NCBI GenBank assembly: GCA_027450005.1
Contig: DAIDKO010000018.1
Coordinates: 16,738 to 80,737, forward strand
Length of the DNA: 64,000 nt
Direction of reading: 5' to 3'
Source: Rhodanobacter sp.
Lineage (GTDB): Bacteria > Pseudomonadota > Gammaproteobacteria > Xanthomonadales > Rhodanobacteraceae
Below, one piece after another: positions 21,422-31,814 of the stretch. How positions within the stretch are numbered: the first letter of the stretch is position 1; the number at the start of each line of letters is the position of its first letter. Below the pieces are notes generated by a model. The model made no database searches. It had not been told where the DNA came from and worked only from the letters and a program-made list of their open reading frames with translations. The position numbers were made by a program, and so were the translations under genes.

Positions 21422-24400
21422 ATGTCCGCACGCTTCGTCCATACCCACCTGCACAGCGAATACTCGCTCGTCGATTCGACCATCCGCATCAAGTCGATGG
21501 TGGCCGCGTGCGTGCAGGCCGGCATGCCAGCGGTAGCGCTCACCGACGAATGCAACATGTTCGCGCTGGTGAAGTTCTACAAGGCCTGCAGCGCGACGGG
21601 CATCAAGCCGATCTGCGGCAGTGACCTGTGGATTTCCGCACCGGAGGACCCGCGGCCATGGCGACTCACCCTGCTGTGCCAGCACCGCGAGGGCTACCTA
21701 AACCTGTCGCGCCTGGTCTCGCGCGCCTGGCAGGAGGGCCAGCACGGCGGTCGTGCGCTGGTCGAGGCCGGCTGGCTCACCCCTGCGGCGACGGATGGCC
21801 TGATCGCCCTGCTCGGCCGCGAGAGCGAGACGGCGCGTATCGCCTTGTCGCAAGGCCACGATGCCGCGCTCGCAAGGCTGCGGCCGCTGGCCAGCCTGTT
21901 CCCGGATCGCCTGTACCTCGAACTCGTCCGCTGCGGCCGCGAAGGCGAGGAGGCGTGGAACGCCACGGCTCTCGCGCTTGCGACCGAGCTCGGCTTGCCG
22001 GTACTCGCGAGCAACGACGTGCGCTTCCTCAAGCGCGATGATTTCGAGGCACACGAGGCCCGCGTATGCATCCACCAAGGCCGCATGCTGGCCGACCCCA
22101 AGCGCCCGCGCGACTACAGCGACCAGCAATACCTGAAATCACCTGAGGAAATGGCCGAACTGTTCGCCGACCTCCCCGAGGCACTGGAAAACACGGTCGA
22201 GCTGGCCAAACGCTGCAACCTCGAACTGAAGTTCGGTACCTACTACCTGCCCGACTTCCCGGTACCCGCGGGCCACGACCTCAACAGCCACATCCGCGAA
22301 CTGGCACGGCGGGGGCTGAAGGAGCGCCTCGCCACCACGCCGCTTGCCCAGGGTTACAGCCTGGCCGACTATGAGGCGCGGCTGGAACGCGAGCTGGAGG
22401 TCATCATCCAGATGGGCTTCCCCGGCTACTTCCTGATCGTGTCGGACTTCATCAACTGGGGTAAGCGCAACGGCATCCCGGTCGGCCCAGGCCGCGGCTC
22501 AGGCGCGGGCTCGCTGGTGGCCTGGGTGCTGAAGATCACCGACCTCGACCCGTTGCAGTTCAACCTGCTGTTCGAGCGCTTTCTCAACCCCGAACGCGTG
22601 TCGATGCCGGACTTCGACATCGACTTCTGCATGGACCGCCGCGACGAGGTGATCGACTACGTGGCAGGCAAATACGGCCGCGACCACGTCAGCCAGATCA
22701 TCACCTACGGCTCAATGGCGGCCAAGGCTGTGCTGCGCGACTCCGGCCGCGTGCTCGGCATGGGCTACGGCGCAGTGGACAAGATCGCCAAGCTGATCCC
22801 CGCACGCCCGCTCGACCTTACGCTGTCTGACGCGCTGGGCCGCACCGAGAAATCGCAGAAGGAGCCCGAGCGCGTCGTCAAGGAGTTCTGCGAGCTGTAC
22901 GCGCAGGACGAGGACGAGGCGCGCCCGCTGATCGACCTCGCGCTGAAGCTGGAAAGCCTCACACGCAACGTCGGCAAGCACGCCGGCGGAGTGGTGATCA
23001 GCCCCAAGCCGCTCACTGAGTTCGCCCCGATCTACTGCGAAGCGGGCGGCGGCGGCGTGGTCACCCAGTACGACAAGGACGACGTCGAAGCCGTCGGCCT
23101 GGTGAAGTTCGACTTCCTCGGCTTGCGTACCCTCACCATTATTGACTGGGCGGTCAAGGCGATCAACGCGCGCCGCGCGCAAAACGGCGAGGAGCCGCTG
23201 GACATCGCCAAGCTTCCGCTGGACGACGCCGCCACCTACGCCGAAATCTTCGCCAAGGCGAAGACGGTGGCGATCTTCCAGTTCGAATCCTCGGGCATGC
23301 AGCGCATGCTGAAGGACGCCAAGCCCGACCGCTTCGACGACCTCATTGCACTGGGCGCGCTGTACCGCCCCGGCCCAATGGACCTGATTCCCACCTTCGT
23401 GGCGCGCAAGCATGGCCGCGAGGAGGTGGTGTACCCCGACCCGCGCACAGAGCCTGTCCTGAAAGAGACCTACGGCATCATGGTCTACCAGGAGCAGGTG
23501 ATGCAGATGGCCCAGATCGTCGGTGGCTATACGCTAGGCGGCGCCGATCTGCTGCGCCGCGCGATGGGCAAGAAGAAAGTCGAGGAGATGGCAAAGGAAC
23601 GCGCCAAATTCCGCGATGGCGCGGCGAAGGACGGCCTGAGCAGCAGTAAGGCCGACGAAATCTTCGACCTGATGGAGAAGTTCGCAGGCTATGGCTTCAA
23701 CAAGTCCCACGCCGCGGCGTACGCGCTGGTCTCCTACCAGACCGCCTGGCTGAAGGCGCACTATCCCGCCGAGTTCATGGCCGCGACGATCTCGTCTGAC
23801 ATGGACAACACCGACAAGGCGGTGACCTTCATCGACGAGTCCAAGGCGATTGGCCTCACCGTGCTGCCGCCGGACGTGAACGCTTCGGACTTCATGTTCG
23901 TGGCCGTGGAACCGAAGGTCATCCGCTACGGCTTGGGCGCGATCAAGGGCGTGGGCCAGGGCGCCTGCGAGTCCATCGTCGCCGAACGCCAGCGTGGCGG
24001 CACCTACAAGGACCTTGGCGACTTCTGCCGCCGCGTCGATCCCACCAAACTCAACCGGCGCGTGCTAGAAGCGTTGATCCTCTCCGGCGCGCTCGACGCG
24101 CTAGCGCCCAACCGCGCCAGCCTCATGCTGCAGCTACCCGACGCGATCAAGGCAGCCGAGCAGCACCTGCGCGATCGCCAGTCCGGCCAGAACGACATGT
24201 TCGGCGCCGCGATGGGCGCGTCCGCACCGGTCGTGCAGATCGAGCTGCCCACCGCGCCCGAATGGCCGCTGGAGCAGAAGCTGCAGGGCGAGCGCGACAC
24301 GCTGGGCCACTACCTCTCTGGCCATCCCGTCGATCCCTGGCGCGAGGAACTGGCCCAGCTTGCCACCTGCCCGCTGGGCGAAATCGTCGACCGCTACCAG

Positions 24401-24973
24401 CCGCCTCGCCCGCGCAAGAACGATGGCGATGACGGAAACCGCTTCCGCCGCGGTCCAGATACCCCGTGGACCGCCGCCGGCATGGTGGTGGCCGTGCGCA
24501 AGCGCGGCGACAGCGATGCTTTCGTGCGGCTGGAGGACGGCACCGGTGCCATCGAGGTGAGCTTCTTCGGCGAGCTGTACCAGCAGGTGGCGCCGCTGCT
24601 GGTACGCGACGAACTGCTGATCGTCGAGGGCGGGCTGCGCATCGACGAGTTCTCCGGCGGCGGCTTCCAGATCCGCGCCCGCAGTGCGATGACCCTAGCC
24701 GACGCCTGCCGTCGGCACGCGCGCCTGCTGCAGCTGAAATTGAACCGCATCGATGCCGGTTTCGCCGCACAGTTGCGCCAGGCGCTGGCCGGCTTCCTCG
24801 GCGGCGGCGGCGGCGCCACCGTCACCCTGCACGGCTACCAAAACGGCAGCGCCCAGGCCGATCTAGAGCTGGGCGAAGAATGGCGCGTGGAGCCGGTACC
24901 CGACCTGTTGCGGGCCATACGCGCCTTGCCGGGCGTACAGGCGGCACGGCTGCGGATGGTCAAGGGCGAATAG
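21422..24973 (+). CDS. dnaE: DNA polymerase III alpha subunit
   Basis: PHP HTHLHSEYSL, GRGSGAGS, MPDFDIDF and FNKSHAAAY. Confidence 0.98.
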   Translation: MSARFVHTHLHSEYSLVDSTIRIKSMVAACVQAGMPAVALTDECNMFALVKFYKACSATGIKPICGSDLWISAPEDPRPWRLTLLCQHREGYLNLSRLVSRAWQEGQHGGRALVEAGWLTPAATDGLIALLGRESETARIALSQGHDAALARLRPLASLFPDRLYLELVRCGREGEEAWNATALALATELGLPVLASNDVRFLKRDDFEAHEARVCIHQGRMLADPKRPRDYSDQQYLKSPEEMAELFADLPEALENTVELAKRCNLELKFGTYYLPDFPVPAGHDLNSHIRELARRGLKERLATTPLAQGYSLADYEARLERELEVIIQMGFPGYFLIVSDFINWGKRNGIPVGPGRGSGAGSLVAWVLKITDLDPLQFNLLFERFLNPERVSMPDFDIDFCMDRRDEVIDYVAGKYGRDHVSQIITYGSMAAKAVLRDSGRVLGMGYGAVDKIAKLIPARPLDLTLSDALGRTEKSQKEPERVVKEFCELYAQDEDEARPLIDLALKLESLTRNVGKHAGGVVISPKPLTEFAPIYCEAGGGGVVTQYDKDDVEAVGLVKFDFLGLRTLTIIDWAVKAINARRAQNGEEPLDIAKLPLDDAATYAEIFAKAKTVAIFQFESSGMQRMLKDAKPDRFDDLIALGALYRPGPMDLIPTFVARKHGREEVVYPDPRTEPVLKETYGIMVYQEQVMQMAQIVGGYTLGGADLLRRAMGKKKVEEMAKERAKFRDGAAKDGLSSSKADEIFDLMEKFAGYGFNKSHAAAYALVSYQTAWLKAHYPAEFMAATISSDMDNTDKAVTFIDESKAIGLTVLPPDVNASDFMFVAVEPKVIRYGLGAIKGVGQGACESIVAERQRGGTYKDLGDFCRRVDPTKLNRRVLEALILSGALDALAPNRASLMLQLPDAIKAAEQHLRDRQSGQNDMFGAAMGASAPVVQIELPTAPEWPLEQKLQGERDTLGHYLSGHPVDPWREELAQLATCPLGEIVDRYQPPRPRKNDGDDGNRFRRGPDTPWTAAGMVVAVRKRGDSDAFVRLEDGTGAIEVSFFGELYQQVAPLLVRDELLIVEGGLRIDEFSGGGFQIRARSAMTLADACRRHARLLQLKLNRIDAGFAAQLRQALAGFLGGGGGATVTLHGYQNGSAQADLELGEEWRVEPVPDLLRAIRALPGVQAARLRMVKGE

Positions 24974-25077
24974 CCTGAGCGGTTGCCTACCAGGGCGGTA
25001 GAAGCGGCATCCTTTCCGCGGCGCAACAAGGCCGAAAAAGGCATAATTCGCAGCGCATCCACCAATCGGGGAACACC

Positions 25078-26883
25078 ATGCAATCGAGGACGCGCTTTAT
25101 CGCGCTGTGCCTGGCTGGCGCCATGCTGACGGCGTGCGCGCACAAGGACAAGAATGCGCCGTTGGCCTTCGTGCCCGCTGACACGCCGTACGTGGTCGCC
25201 AACCTTGCAGTGCTGGACAAGGATACGCGCCAGGCGTTGCTGGCCCAAGCCGATCGTCAGTTGCCGTCGCAGCTGGCCCAGATGGAAGCCTTCGCCACGC
25301 GCGAGCAGCCGCAAGATCCCGATGCCGCACGGCTAATGCGCGCCCTCGCCGCGGAGTTCAAGGGCAAGACCATCGAGGGCTTCGCGCAGGCCAACGGGCT
25401 CGACCTGAAGGGACACTTCGCGCTCTATGGCGAAGGCATGTCACCGGTGCTGCGCGTCGAGCTCAACGATCCAAAGGCTTTCGAAGGTTTCGTGAGCCGC
25501 CTGGAAACCGCTTACGGCAAGAAGCTCGACACCGCCACCATCGGCACGCAGAGTTACCGCTGGGAAGCGTTGCCCGCCTCCGGCGCCGAGGTGATCCTGG
25601 CCGTGGTGGGTAAGCAGATGGTGGCAGCGATCCTGCCCGCCGATTCGGGTGCGCCGCTGTTGCGTCAGACCTTGGGCTTGGACCGCCCGGTGAGGAGCCT
25701 GCAGGACGATGGCCGGCTCGCCAAACTGGCCAGCAAGAAGGGGTATGCGAAATGGCTGGTGGGCCAGCTCGACCTCACCCGTGTGCTGCCACTGGTGATC
25801 TCCGGCAGCGATCCGCTGATCGCCTCAATCGAGAAGGCGCATGCCAGCGCCGAATCCGTCAAGACCGGCGAACCGTTGGCGAACCTGCTGAAGTCCTCGC
25901 CCAGTTGCGCACCGGAGGCCAGCCGCATCGCCGCGCGCGCGCCTTCCATGAGCTTCGGTTACACCCGGCTGGACGCCACGCACCAGGATGCCCGTTTCGA
26001 CCTCGCGCTCGCCGACGACATCACCAAGGCTTTCAGTGGCCTTGCGGTGGAGCTGCCGGGGTTGGGCAGCAGAGGCAACGCCGCGCCGCTTGACCTCAGC
26101 TTCGCCGTGCCGGTGGCTGCACTGCGCACGTTCTGGTCGGCACAGGCTGACGCGGTGGCGGCCAAGCCATTCACCTGCCCAATGCTGGTCGACCTCAACG
26201 ACAGCTTCGCCAAGCTCGGCGCAGCGCTGCCGAAGACCGCGATTCCGCCGTTCGGCAACCTGCTGGGAGTGCGCATCGCGCTGGACTCCCTGGGCAACGA
26301 CAAGACCAGCAGCTTGCCGAATTTCACCGGCCGTATCGTGTTGGGCACCAGCGACCCCGCTGGCCTGTTCGCCACCGGCCAGATGATGGTGCCGGCGCTG
26401 GCCACGCTGAAACCCGCCGCCAACGCTGAGCCGGTGGCGCTGCCGCAAGAGGTGACCGGCCTGTTCGGACAACCGGCCTGGGTGGCCACCGGCGACAAGG
26501 CGCTCGCGCTGGGCATAGGCAACGGCGAGAACGCCAAGCTCACCACCGCACTGCACGATGCCACGGGCGAGCCTGGCCAGGTGGCACGCATACACCTCTC
26601 GGGCGCCATGTACCTCGAGTGGCTGAAGTACCTGGAAGCCAAGGCCGACAGCTTCGCCGCTGCTGCCGCCGAAATGAACGCGGGCAAGGCCACCGAACCC
26701 ACGCTCAACGGCGATAGCACTTCAGCCGATGAGGCCGCCCAGGCTGCCGCCGATGCTGCGCATAGCAAGGCCCAGTTCGTCGCACTTGAGGCGCAGGCGC
26801 AGCGTGTCGACAGCATCGACGCTGAAATTCACGTGGAAGCCGACGGCCTGGTCGTCACCAGCCACACCACACTGAAGCAGTGA
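25078..26883 (+). CDS. Large lipoprotein of unknown function
   Basis: Lipobox LTAC, 601 aa, host-like codon usage. Confidence 0.8.
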   Translation: MQSRTRFIALCLAGAMLTACAHKDKNAPLAFVPADTPYVVANLAVLDKDTRQALLAQADRQLPSQLAQMEAFATREQPQDPDAARLMRALAAEFKGKTIEGFAQANGLDLKGHFALYGEGMSPVLRVELNDPKAFEGFVSRLETAYGKKLDTATIGTQSYRWEALPASGAEVILAVVGKQMVAAILPADSGAPLLRQTLGLDRPVRSLQDDGRLAKLASKKGYAKWLVGQLDLTRVLPLVISGSDPLIASIEKAHASAESVKTGEPLANLLKSSPSCAPEASRIAARAPSMSFGYTRLDATHQDARFDLALADDITKAFSGLAVELPGLGSRGNAAPLDLSFAVPVAALRTFWSAQADAVAAKPFTCPMLVDLNDSFAKLGAALPKTAIPPFGNLLGVRIALDSLGNDKTSSLPNFTGRIVLGTSDPAGLFATGQMMVPALATLKPAANAEPVALPQEVTGLFGQPAWVATGDKALALGIGNGENAKLTTALHDATGEPGQVARIHLSGAMYLEWLKYLEAKADSFAAAAAEMNAGKATEPTLNGDSTSADEAAQAAADAAHSKAQFVALEAQAQRVDSIDAEIHVEADGLVVTSHTTLKQ

Positions 26884-26900
26884 CCGAAACGAACGACTGA

Positions 26901-26933
26901 AACGAAGAAGGCACCCTCGGGCGCCTTCTTCGT
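26901..26933. terminator. Bidirectional terminator between the lipoprotein gene and pilU
   Basis: ACGAAGAAGGCACCC-tc-GGGCGCCTTCTTCGT. Confidence 0.75.
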
Positions 26934-26952
26934 CTCAGCATGGCTTCAATCG

Positions 26953-28119
26953 TCAGCGTTTCAACAAGACGCCGCCGAAGTTGTCGCCGCCGCGCGGTTG
27001 CTCCACCTCCACGCCATCCAGCCCCTGCGACAGGGTGTGCGCGTCGCCGCCCTGCGACAGCTTGATGCGCAGGCGGACTTCGTTCGCGCTGTCGGCGTGG
27101 CGCAGCGCGTCCTCGTAGCTGATCTCGCCGGCTTGGTAGAGCTCGACCAAGGCTTGATCGAAGGTCTTCATGCCGAGCAGGTTGGATTCCTTCATCACGT
27201 CCTTGAGCTTGTGGATCTCGCCCTGACGGATGTAGTCCTGCACCAGCGGCGTACCCAGCAGAACCTCCACCGCGACGCGGCGCGCCTTACCGTCCGGGGT
27301 GGGGATCAGCTGCTGCGCCACCACACCCTTGAGGTTAAGCGAGAGATCCATGAACAGCTGTTGGCGCCGGTCCTCCGGGAAGAAGTGCAGGATGCGGTCC
27401 ATCGCCTGGTTGGCGTTGTTGGCGTGCAGGGTACACAGACACAAGTGGCCGGTTTCGGAGAAGTTGATCGCGTGCTCCATCGTCTCGCGGGTGCGCACCT
27501 CACCGATCATGATAACGTCGGGCGCCTGACGCAGCGTGTTCTTCAGCGCGTTCTCCCAACTATCGGTGTCAATACCGATCTCGCGCTGAGTGATGATGCA
27601 GCCCTCGTGCTTGTGCACGTACTCGATCGGGTCCTCGATGGTAATGATGTGCCCGGTGGAGTTGGCGTTGCGGTAGCCGATCATCGAGGCCAGCGAGGTG
27701 GACTTGCCGGTGCCGGTACCGCCGACGAAGATAATGATGCCGCGCTTGGTCATCGCCAGCTGCTTGATGATCGGTGGCAGGCTCAGCTCCTCGATAGTCG
27801 GGATCTTCGACTCGATCCGACGCAGCACCATGCCCACGCAGTTGCGCTGGTAGAAGCAGGACACGCGGAAGCGGCCCACGCCCTGCGCGGAAATCGCGAA
27901 CTGGCATTCATGGGTCTTTTCGAACTCCTCGCGCTGCGAGGGCGTCATCACGTTGAGCACCATGTCGCGCGACTGCTGCATGGACAGCGGGCTCTGGGTG
28001 ATCGGCAGGATGCGGCCCTGCACCTTCATGGATGGCGCCACACCGGCTGTGATGAAAAGGTCCGACGCCTGCTTGTGCACCATCAGCTTGAGGAAAGAGG
28101 TGAAATCGAAGTCGCTCAT
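26953..28119 (-). CDS. pilU: Type IV pilus retraction ATPase PilU
   Basis: ASDLFITAG, GGTGTGKST and LRQAPDVIMIGE; downstream of pilT. Confidence 0.95.
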   Translation of the reverse strand: MSDFDFTSFLKLMVHKQASDLFITAGVAPSMKVQGRILPITQSPLSMQQSRDMVLNVMTPSQREEFEKTHECQFAISAQGVGRFRVSCFYQRNCVGMVLRRIESKIPTIEELSLPPIIKQLAMTKRGIIIFVGGTGTGKSTSLASMIGYRNANSTGHIITIEDPIEYVHKHEGCIITQREIGIDTDSWENALKNTLRQAPDVIMIGEVRTRETMEHAINFSETGHLCLCTLHANNANQAMDRILHFFPEDRRQQLFMDLSLNLKGVVAQQLIPTPDGKARRVAVEVLLGTPLVQDYIRQGEIHKLKDVMKESNLLGMKTFDQALVELYQAGEISYEDALRHADSANEVRLRIKLSQGGDAHTLSQGLDGVEVEQPRGGDNFGGVLLKR

Positions 28120-28246
28120 GGCTTTTGTCCGCGGATCAAAATGAGGGGCTTGGAACTCGGCAGATCGGAAACCCGTCGTCCCCCGTGGCTGTGGCGAGGC
28201 AGCGCCGGGAAGCGATATTCAGTTCCCTGCCCCCGCGCCCGCCGTT

Positions 28247-29284
28247 TCACCTGAACAGCTCCTTGTTCTTGGCGTAGCTGCCCGCCTCCTGGCGCGACAC
28301 CAGGCCGCGCTTCACCAAGTCCTGCAGGCACTGGTCCAGCGTCTGCATGCCGAACTGCTGGCCGGTCTGGATCGCTGAGTACATCTGCGCGACCTTGTCC
28401 TCGCGGATCAGGTTGCGGATGGCCGGTACGGCCACCATGATTTCGTGCGCCGCTATGCGGCCACCGCCAGTCTTCTTCAGCAGCGACTGCGAGATCACCG
28501 CGCGCAGCGACTCGGAGAGCATCGAGCGCACCATCGGCTTTTCGCCTGCCGGGAACACGTCGATGATACGGTCGATGGTCTTGGCCGCAGAGCTGGTGTG
28601 CACGGTGGCGAACACCAGGTGGCCGGTTTCCGCGGCGGTTAGCGCCAAGCGGATGGTTTCCAGGTCGCGCAGCTCGCCGACCAGGATGAAGTCTGGATCT
28701 TCGCGTAGCGCCGAGCGCAGCGCCTCGTTGAAACCGTGCGTGTCGCGGTGGACTTCGCGTTGGTTTACCAAGCACTTCTGCGAAGTGTGCACGAACTCGA
28801 TCGGGTCCTCGATCGTGAGCATGTGCCCGTATTCGTTCTTATTGATGTGGTCGACCATCGCCGCCAGCGTGGTGGACTTCCCCGAGCCGGTGGGACCAGT
28901 CACTAGGATCAGTCCCTGCGGCTGCTCGATCAGCTCCTTGAACACGCGCGGGCAGGCCAGATCTTCCAGCGTGAGCACTTCGGAGGGAATAGTACGGAAC
29001 ACGGCACCGGAGCCACGGTTCTGGGTGAACGCGTTGACGCGAAAGCGCGCCAGGCCGGGGATCTCGAACGAAAAGTCGGTCTCGAGGAATTCCTCGTAGT
29101 CGCGCCGCTGCTTGTCCGACATGATGTCGTAGACCAGCGAGTGCACCTGCTTGTGCTCCAGCGCGGGAATGTTGATCCGGCGCACATCGCCGTCGACGCG
29201 GATCATCGGAGGCAAGCCGGCGGACAAATGCAAGTCCGAGGCTTTGTTCTTCACCGAGAAAGCTAGCAGTTCGGCGATGTCCAT
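28247..29284 (-). CDS. pilT: Type IV pilus retraction ATPase PilT
   Basis: MDIAELLAF, GPTGSGKSTT and AIRNLIRE. Confidence 0.97.
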   Translation of the reverse strand: MDIAELLAFSVKNKASDLHLSAGLPPMIRVDGDVRRINIPALEHKQVHSLVYDIMSDKQRRDYEEFLETDFSFEIPGLARFRVNAFTQNRGSGAVFRTIPSEVLTLEDLACPRVFKELIEQPQGLILVTGPTGSGKSTTLAAMVDHINKNEYGHMLTIEDPIEFVHTSQKCLVNQREVHRDTHGFNEALRSALREDPDFILVGELRDLETIRLALTAAETGHLVFATVHTSSAAKTIDRIIDVFPAGEKPMVRSMLSESLRAVISQSLLKKTGGGRIAAHEIMVAVPAIRNLIREDKVAQMYSAIQTGQQFGMQTLDQCLQDLVKRGLVSRQEAGSYAKNKELFR

Positions 29285-29545
29285 GCGTGGTTCCCCTCAA
29301 CCGGTCGTCAGGATGTATGGCGATGGCCGCAACGGTAGGGCATGGCGCGGACGCCGCGCACGGCGCGATACGCGGCCCGCTCAGCCATCCTGTTTCCCCT
29401 GCAGCAACACGATACTACTCGCGACGCGGGGCGAACGGCCAGCCTCCGCAATGGTTTGCGCACCACGTCACCGAAACCGCTGCTGCGCAGGACGGCGCCC
29501 GCTCGGGTAAGGTATGTGACCTGCCCAAGCAACCGAGAGAATCCC

Positions 29546-30373
29546 ATGACATGCATCGCCTTCATCGGCGGCGGCAACATGGCACGCAGCCTAATCGGCG
29601 GCCTGCTGGCCAACGGCATGGCGCACGCCGACATCCGCGTGGCCGATCCACTGGCGGAAACCCGCGACCGGCTCGGCCACGACTTCGGTATCGTCACCTT
29701 CGCCGAGAACCGGCTGGCGGTGACTGACGCCGACGTGGTCGTGCTGGCGGTGAAGCCGCAAGCCATGCCTAAGGTGCATGCCGAGCTGCGGCTGGCCATG
29801 CAGGGCAGGCGCCCGCTGCTCATCTCGATTGCCGCCGGCGTGCGGTTGGAGCAGTTGGAGCGCTGGCTGGGCAACCTGCCCATCGTGCGCTGCATGCCGA
29901 ACACGCCGGCGCTGATCGGTGCCGGCGCCACCGGACTTTGCGCCAACAGCCGCGTCAGCCCGGTGCAGAAGGCTCTGGCGCAGCACATCATGGATGCCGC
30001 CGGGCTTACCCGCTGGATCGCCGACGAGTCGCTGATGGACACCGTGACCGCGCTTTCCGGCTCCGGCCCGGCCTATTTCTTCGCCTTGGTCGAGGCGCTG
30101 GAGGATGCGGCCGTGGCGCAGGGACTGCCGCGTGAGACCGCCCGCGCGCTGGCCGCGCAGACCTGCCTCGGCGCCGGTCGCATGCTGGTGGAAAGCGGCG
30201 AGGATCCAGCCGAACTGCGTCGTCGCGTCACCTCACCCAACGGTACCACCCAGGCTGCGCTGGAAAGCTTCGCTGCGGACGGCTTGCCGCGCATGGCGGC
30301 CCGTGCCGTCGCCGCTGCCACCCGCCGCGGCGCGGAACTGGCCGACGCCCTGGACAAGGAGACACGCCCGTGA
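29546..30373 (+). CDS. proC: Pyrroline-5-carboxylate reductase
   Basis: FIGGGNMA, RCMPNTPA, SGSGPAY and VTSPNGTT; start at ATG 29546. Confidence 0.96.
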   Translation: MTCIAFIGGGNMARSLIGGLLANGMAHADIRVADPLAETRDRLGHDFGIVTFAENRLAVTDADVVVLAVKPQAMPKVHAELRLAMQGRRPLLISIAAGVRLEQLERWLGNLPIVRCMPNTPALIGAGATGLCANSRVSPVQKALAQHIMDAAGLTRWIADESLMDTVTALSGSGPAYFFALVEALEDAAVAQGLPRETARALAAQTCLGAGRMLVESGEDPAELRRRVTSPNGTTQAALESFAADGLPRMAARAVAAATRRGAELADALDKETRP

Positions 30374-30945
30374 GCTACCTGCTCAATGCCATCGCGCTGC
30401 TGGTCGAGCTGGCGTTCGACGCCGTCGCCACGCTGTTCCTGCTGCGCCTCGCCGCCGAGGCCTGCCGCGCGGACTTCCACAACCCGCTTAGCCAGTTTGT
30501 CTACCGCACCACCAACCCGGTGCTGGCGCCGCTGCGGCGCGTACTGCCGAACTGGCGGCGCATCAACCTCTCCGCGTTGCTGGTGGCGTGGCTGGCGATG
30601 CTGCTGAAGCGCCTGCTGCTGTTCGCGCTGGGCGGGCTACTGCCGCACATCGTCGGCCTTGTGGTGCTGTCGCTGGCTGAACTGCTGGATTACGTCCTGC
30701 TGTTCTACCTGGTACTGGTGTTCGCCTGGTCGCTGATGAGCATGTTCGCCCCCGATCCCTACCACCCGCTGCAGCGCCTGCTCGGCGCGCTGGTCGATCC
30801 GCTGCTGCGGCCACTGCGCGGCAAGCTAACGGTGGGCATGATCGATTTTTCGCCCACGCTAGTGATCGTCGCCCTGCTGCTGGCGCGCATCCTGATGGCG
30901 CAGCCGCTGCTTGACATGGGCTTTCAGCTGGCGGTGGCAGGCTGA
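30370..30945 (+). CDS. yggT: YggT family membrane protein
   Basis: Two YGGT repeats (NPLSQFV..TNPVL; DPLLRPLR..IDFSP); follows proC. Confidence 0.9.
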   Translation: MSYLLNAIALLVELAFDAVATLFLLRLAAEACRADFHNPLSQFVYRTTNPVLAPLRRVLPNWRRINLSALLVAWLAMLLKRLLLFALGGLLPHIVGLVVLSLAELLDYVLLFYLVLVFAWSLMSMFAPDPYHPLQRLLGALVDPLLRPLRGKLTVGMIDFSPTLVIVALLLARILMAQPLLDMGFQLAVAG

Positions 30946-30954
30946 CCCGGTCGG

Positions 30955-31749
30955 CTACTCGGTACGCAACACCTGCAGCAGTTGCGCGGGCGCCAGATAG
31001 CCGCCGATCATCCGGCCACTGGCGGTGACGATGGCCGGGGTGCCGCTGACGCCGAGCCTCTCGCCCAGCTCGTACTCCTGCCGCACCGGATTGGCGCAGT
31101 TGGCCTGCTTGGGCATACGGCCCGCGAATGCCCCATCCAGCGCAGCCTTGGGATCGGTGGCGCACCACGCCGAAACCATCGCCTTGTACGTTTCGGTCGG
31201 CCGGCCAGCGGCGTCGGTGACGCCAGCGCGCGGCCACGCTAGGTAGTCCACCGCCACGCCGGCCTTGTTCAGTTCGGCCATGTGCTCGTGCAGCACGCGG
31301 CAGTAGGGGCAGGTCACGTCGGTGAACACGGTGATCCGGTACTTCGGGTGGGCCGGCGCGTATTCGATGTGTGCGGCCGCCGGCAGCTTGGCCAGTTCGG
31401 CCTTGCGAAACGCCGCCCAAGCGGCATCGTTGACGTTCCTCCGGGTGCCCAGGTCAATCAGGTCGCCGTTCATCAGGTACTTGCCGTCGGTGCTTACGTA
31501 GACCAGGTGGCCCGCGGCGATCACCTGGTAGAAGCCCGGCAGCGGGGCGCGGTTCACCACGTCCACCTGCACGTCCGGCACCAGCTTGGCGATCGCCTGC
31601 CGTACCACTTGCAGCGCAGCCGAATCCACGCCGGCCCCCAGCGTCGGGGCCGCCGCGACTGGCGCCTTGGCCGTGGGTGGGTTGTCAGCCGCACAGGCCA
31701 CCAGGGCGAAGCCGCCAATACACGCGGCCAGTAACCACTTCTTCAGCAT
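30955..31749 (-). CDS. dsbC: Thiol:disulfide isomerase DsbC
   Basis: FTDVTCPYC and GVSGTP; downstream of xerD; start MLKKWLL with signal peptide. Confidence 0.9.
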   Translation of the reverse strand: MLKKWLLAACIGGFALVACAADNPPTAKAPVAAAPTLGAGVDSAALQVVRQAIAKLVPDVQVDVVNRAPLPGFYQVIAAGHLVYVSTDGKYLMNGDLIDLGTRRNVNDAAWAAFRKAELAKLPAAAHIEYAPAHPKYRITVFTDVTCPYCRVLHEHMAELNKAGVAVDYLAWPRAGVTDAAGRPTETYKAMVSAWCATDPKAALDGAFAGRMPKQANCANPVRQEYELGERLGVSGTPAIVTASGRMIGGYLAPAQLLQVLRTE

Positions 31750-31814
31750 CTTGCACCTCGATGGCCGCGGGGAAGGCGGCGCGAAAGCCGCAATTCTCGC
31801 ACAGCGGCGCGGCC

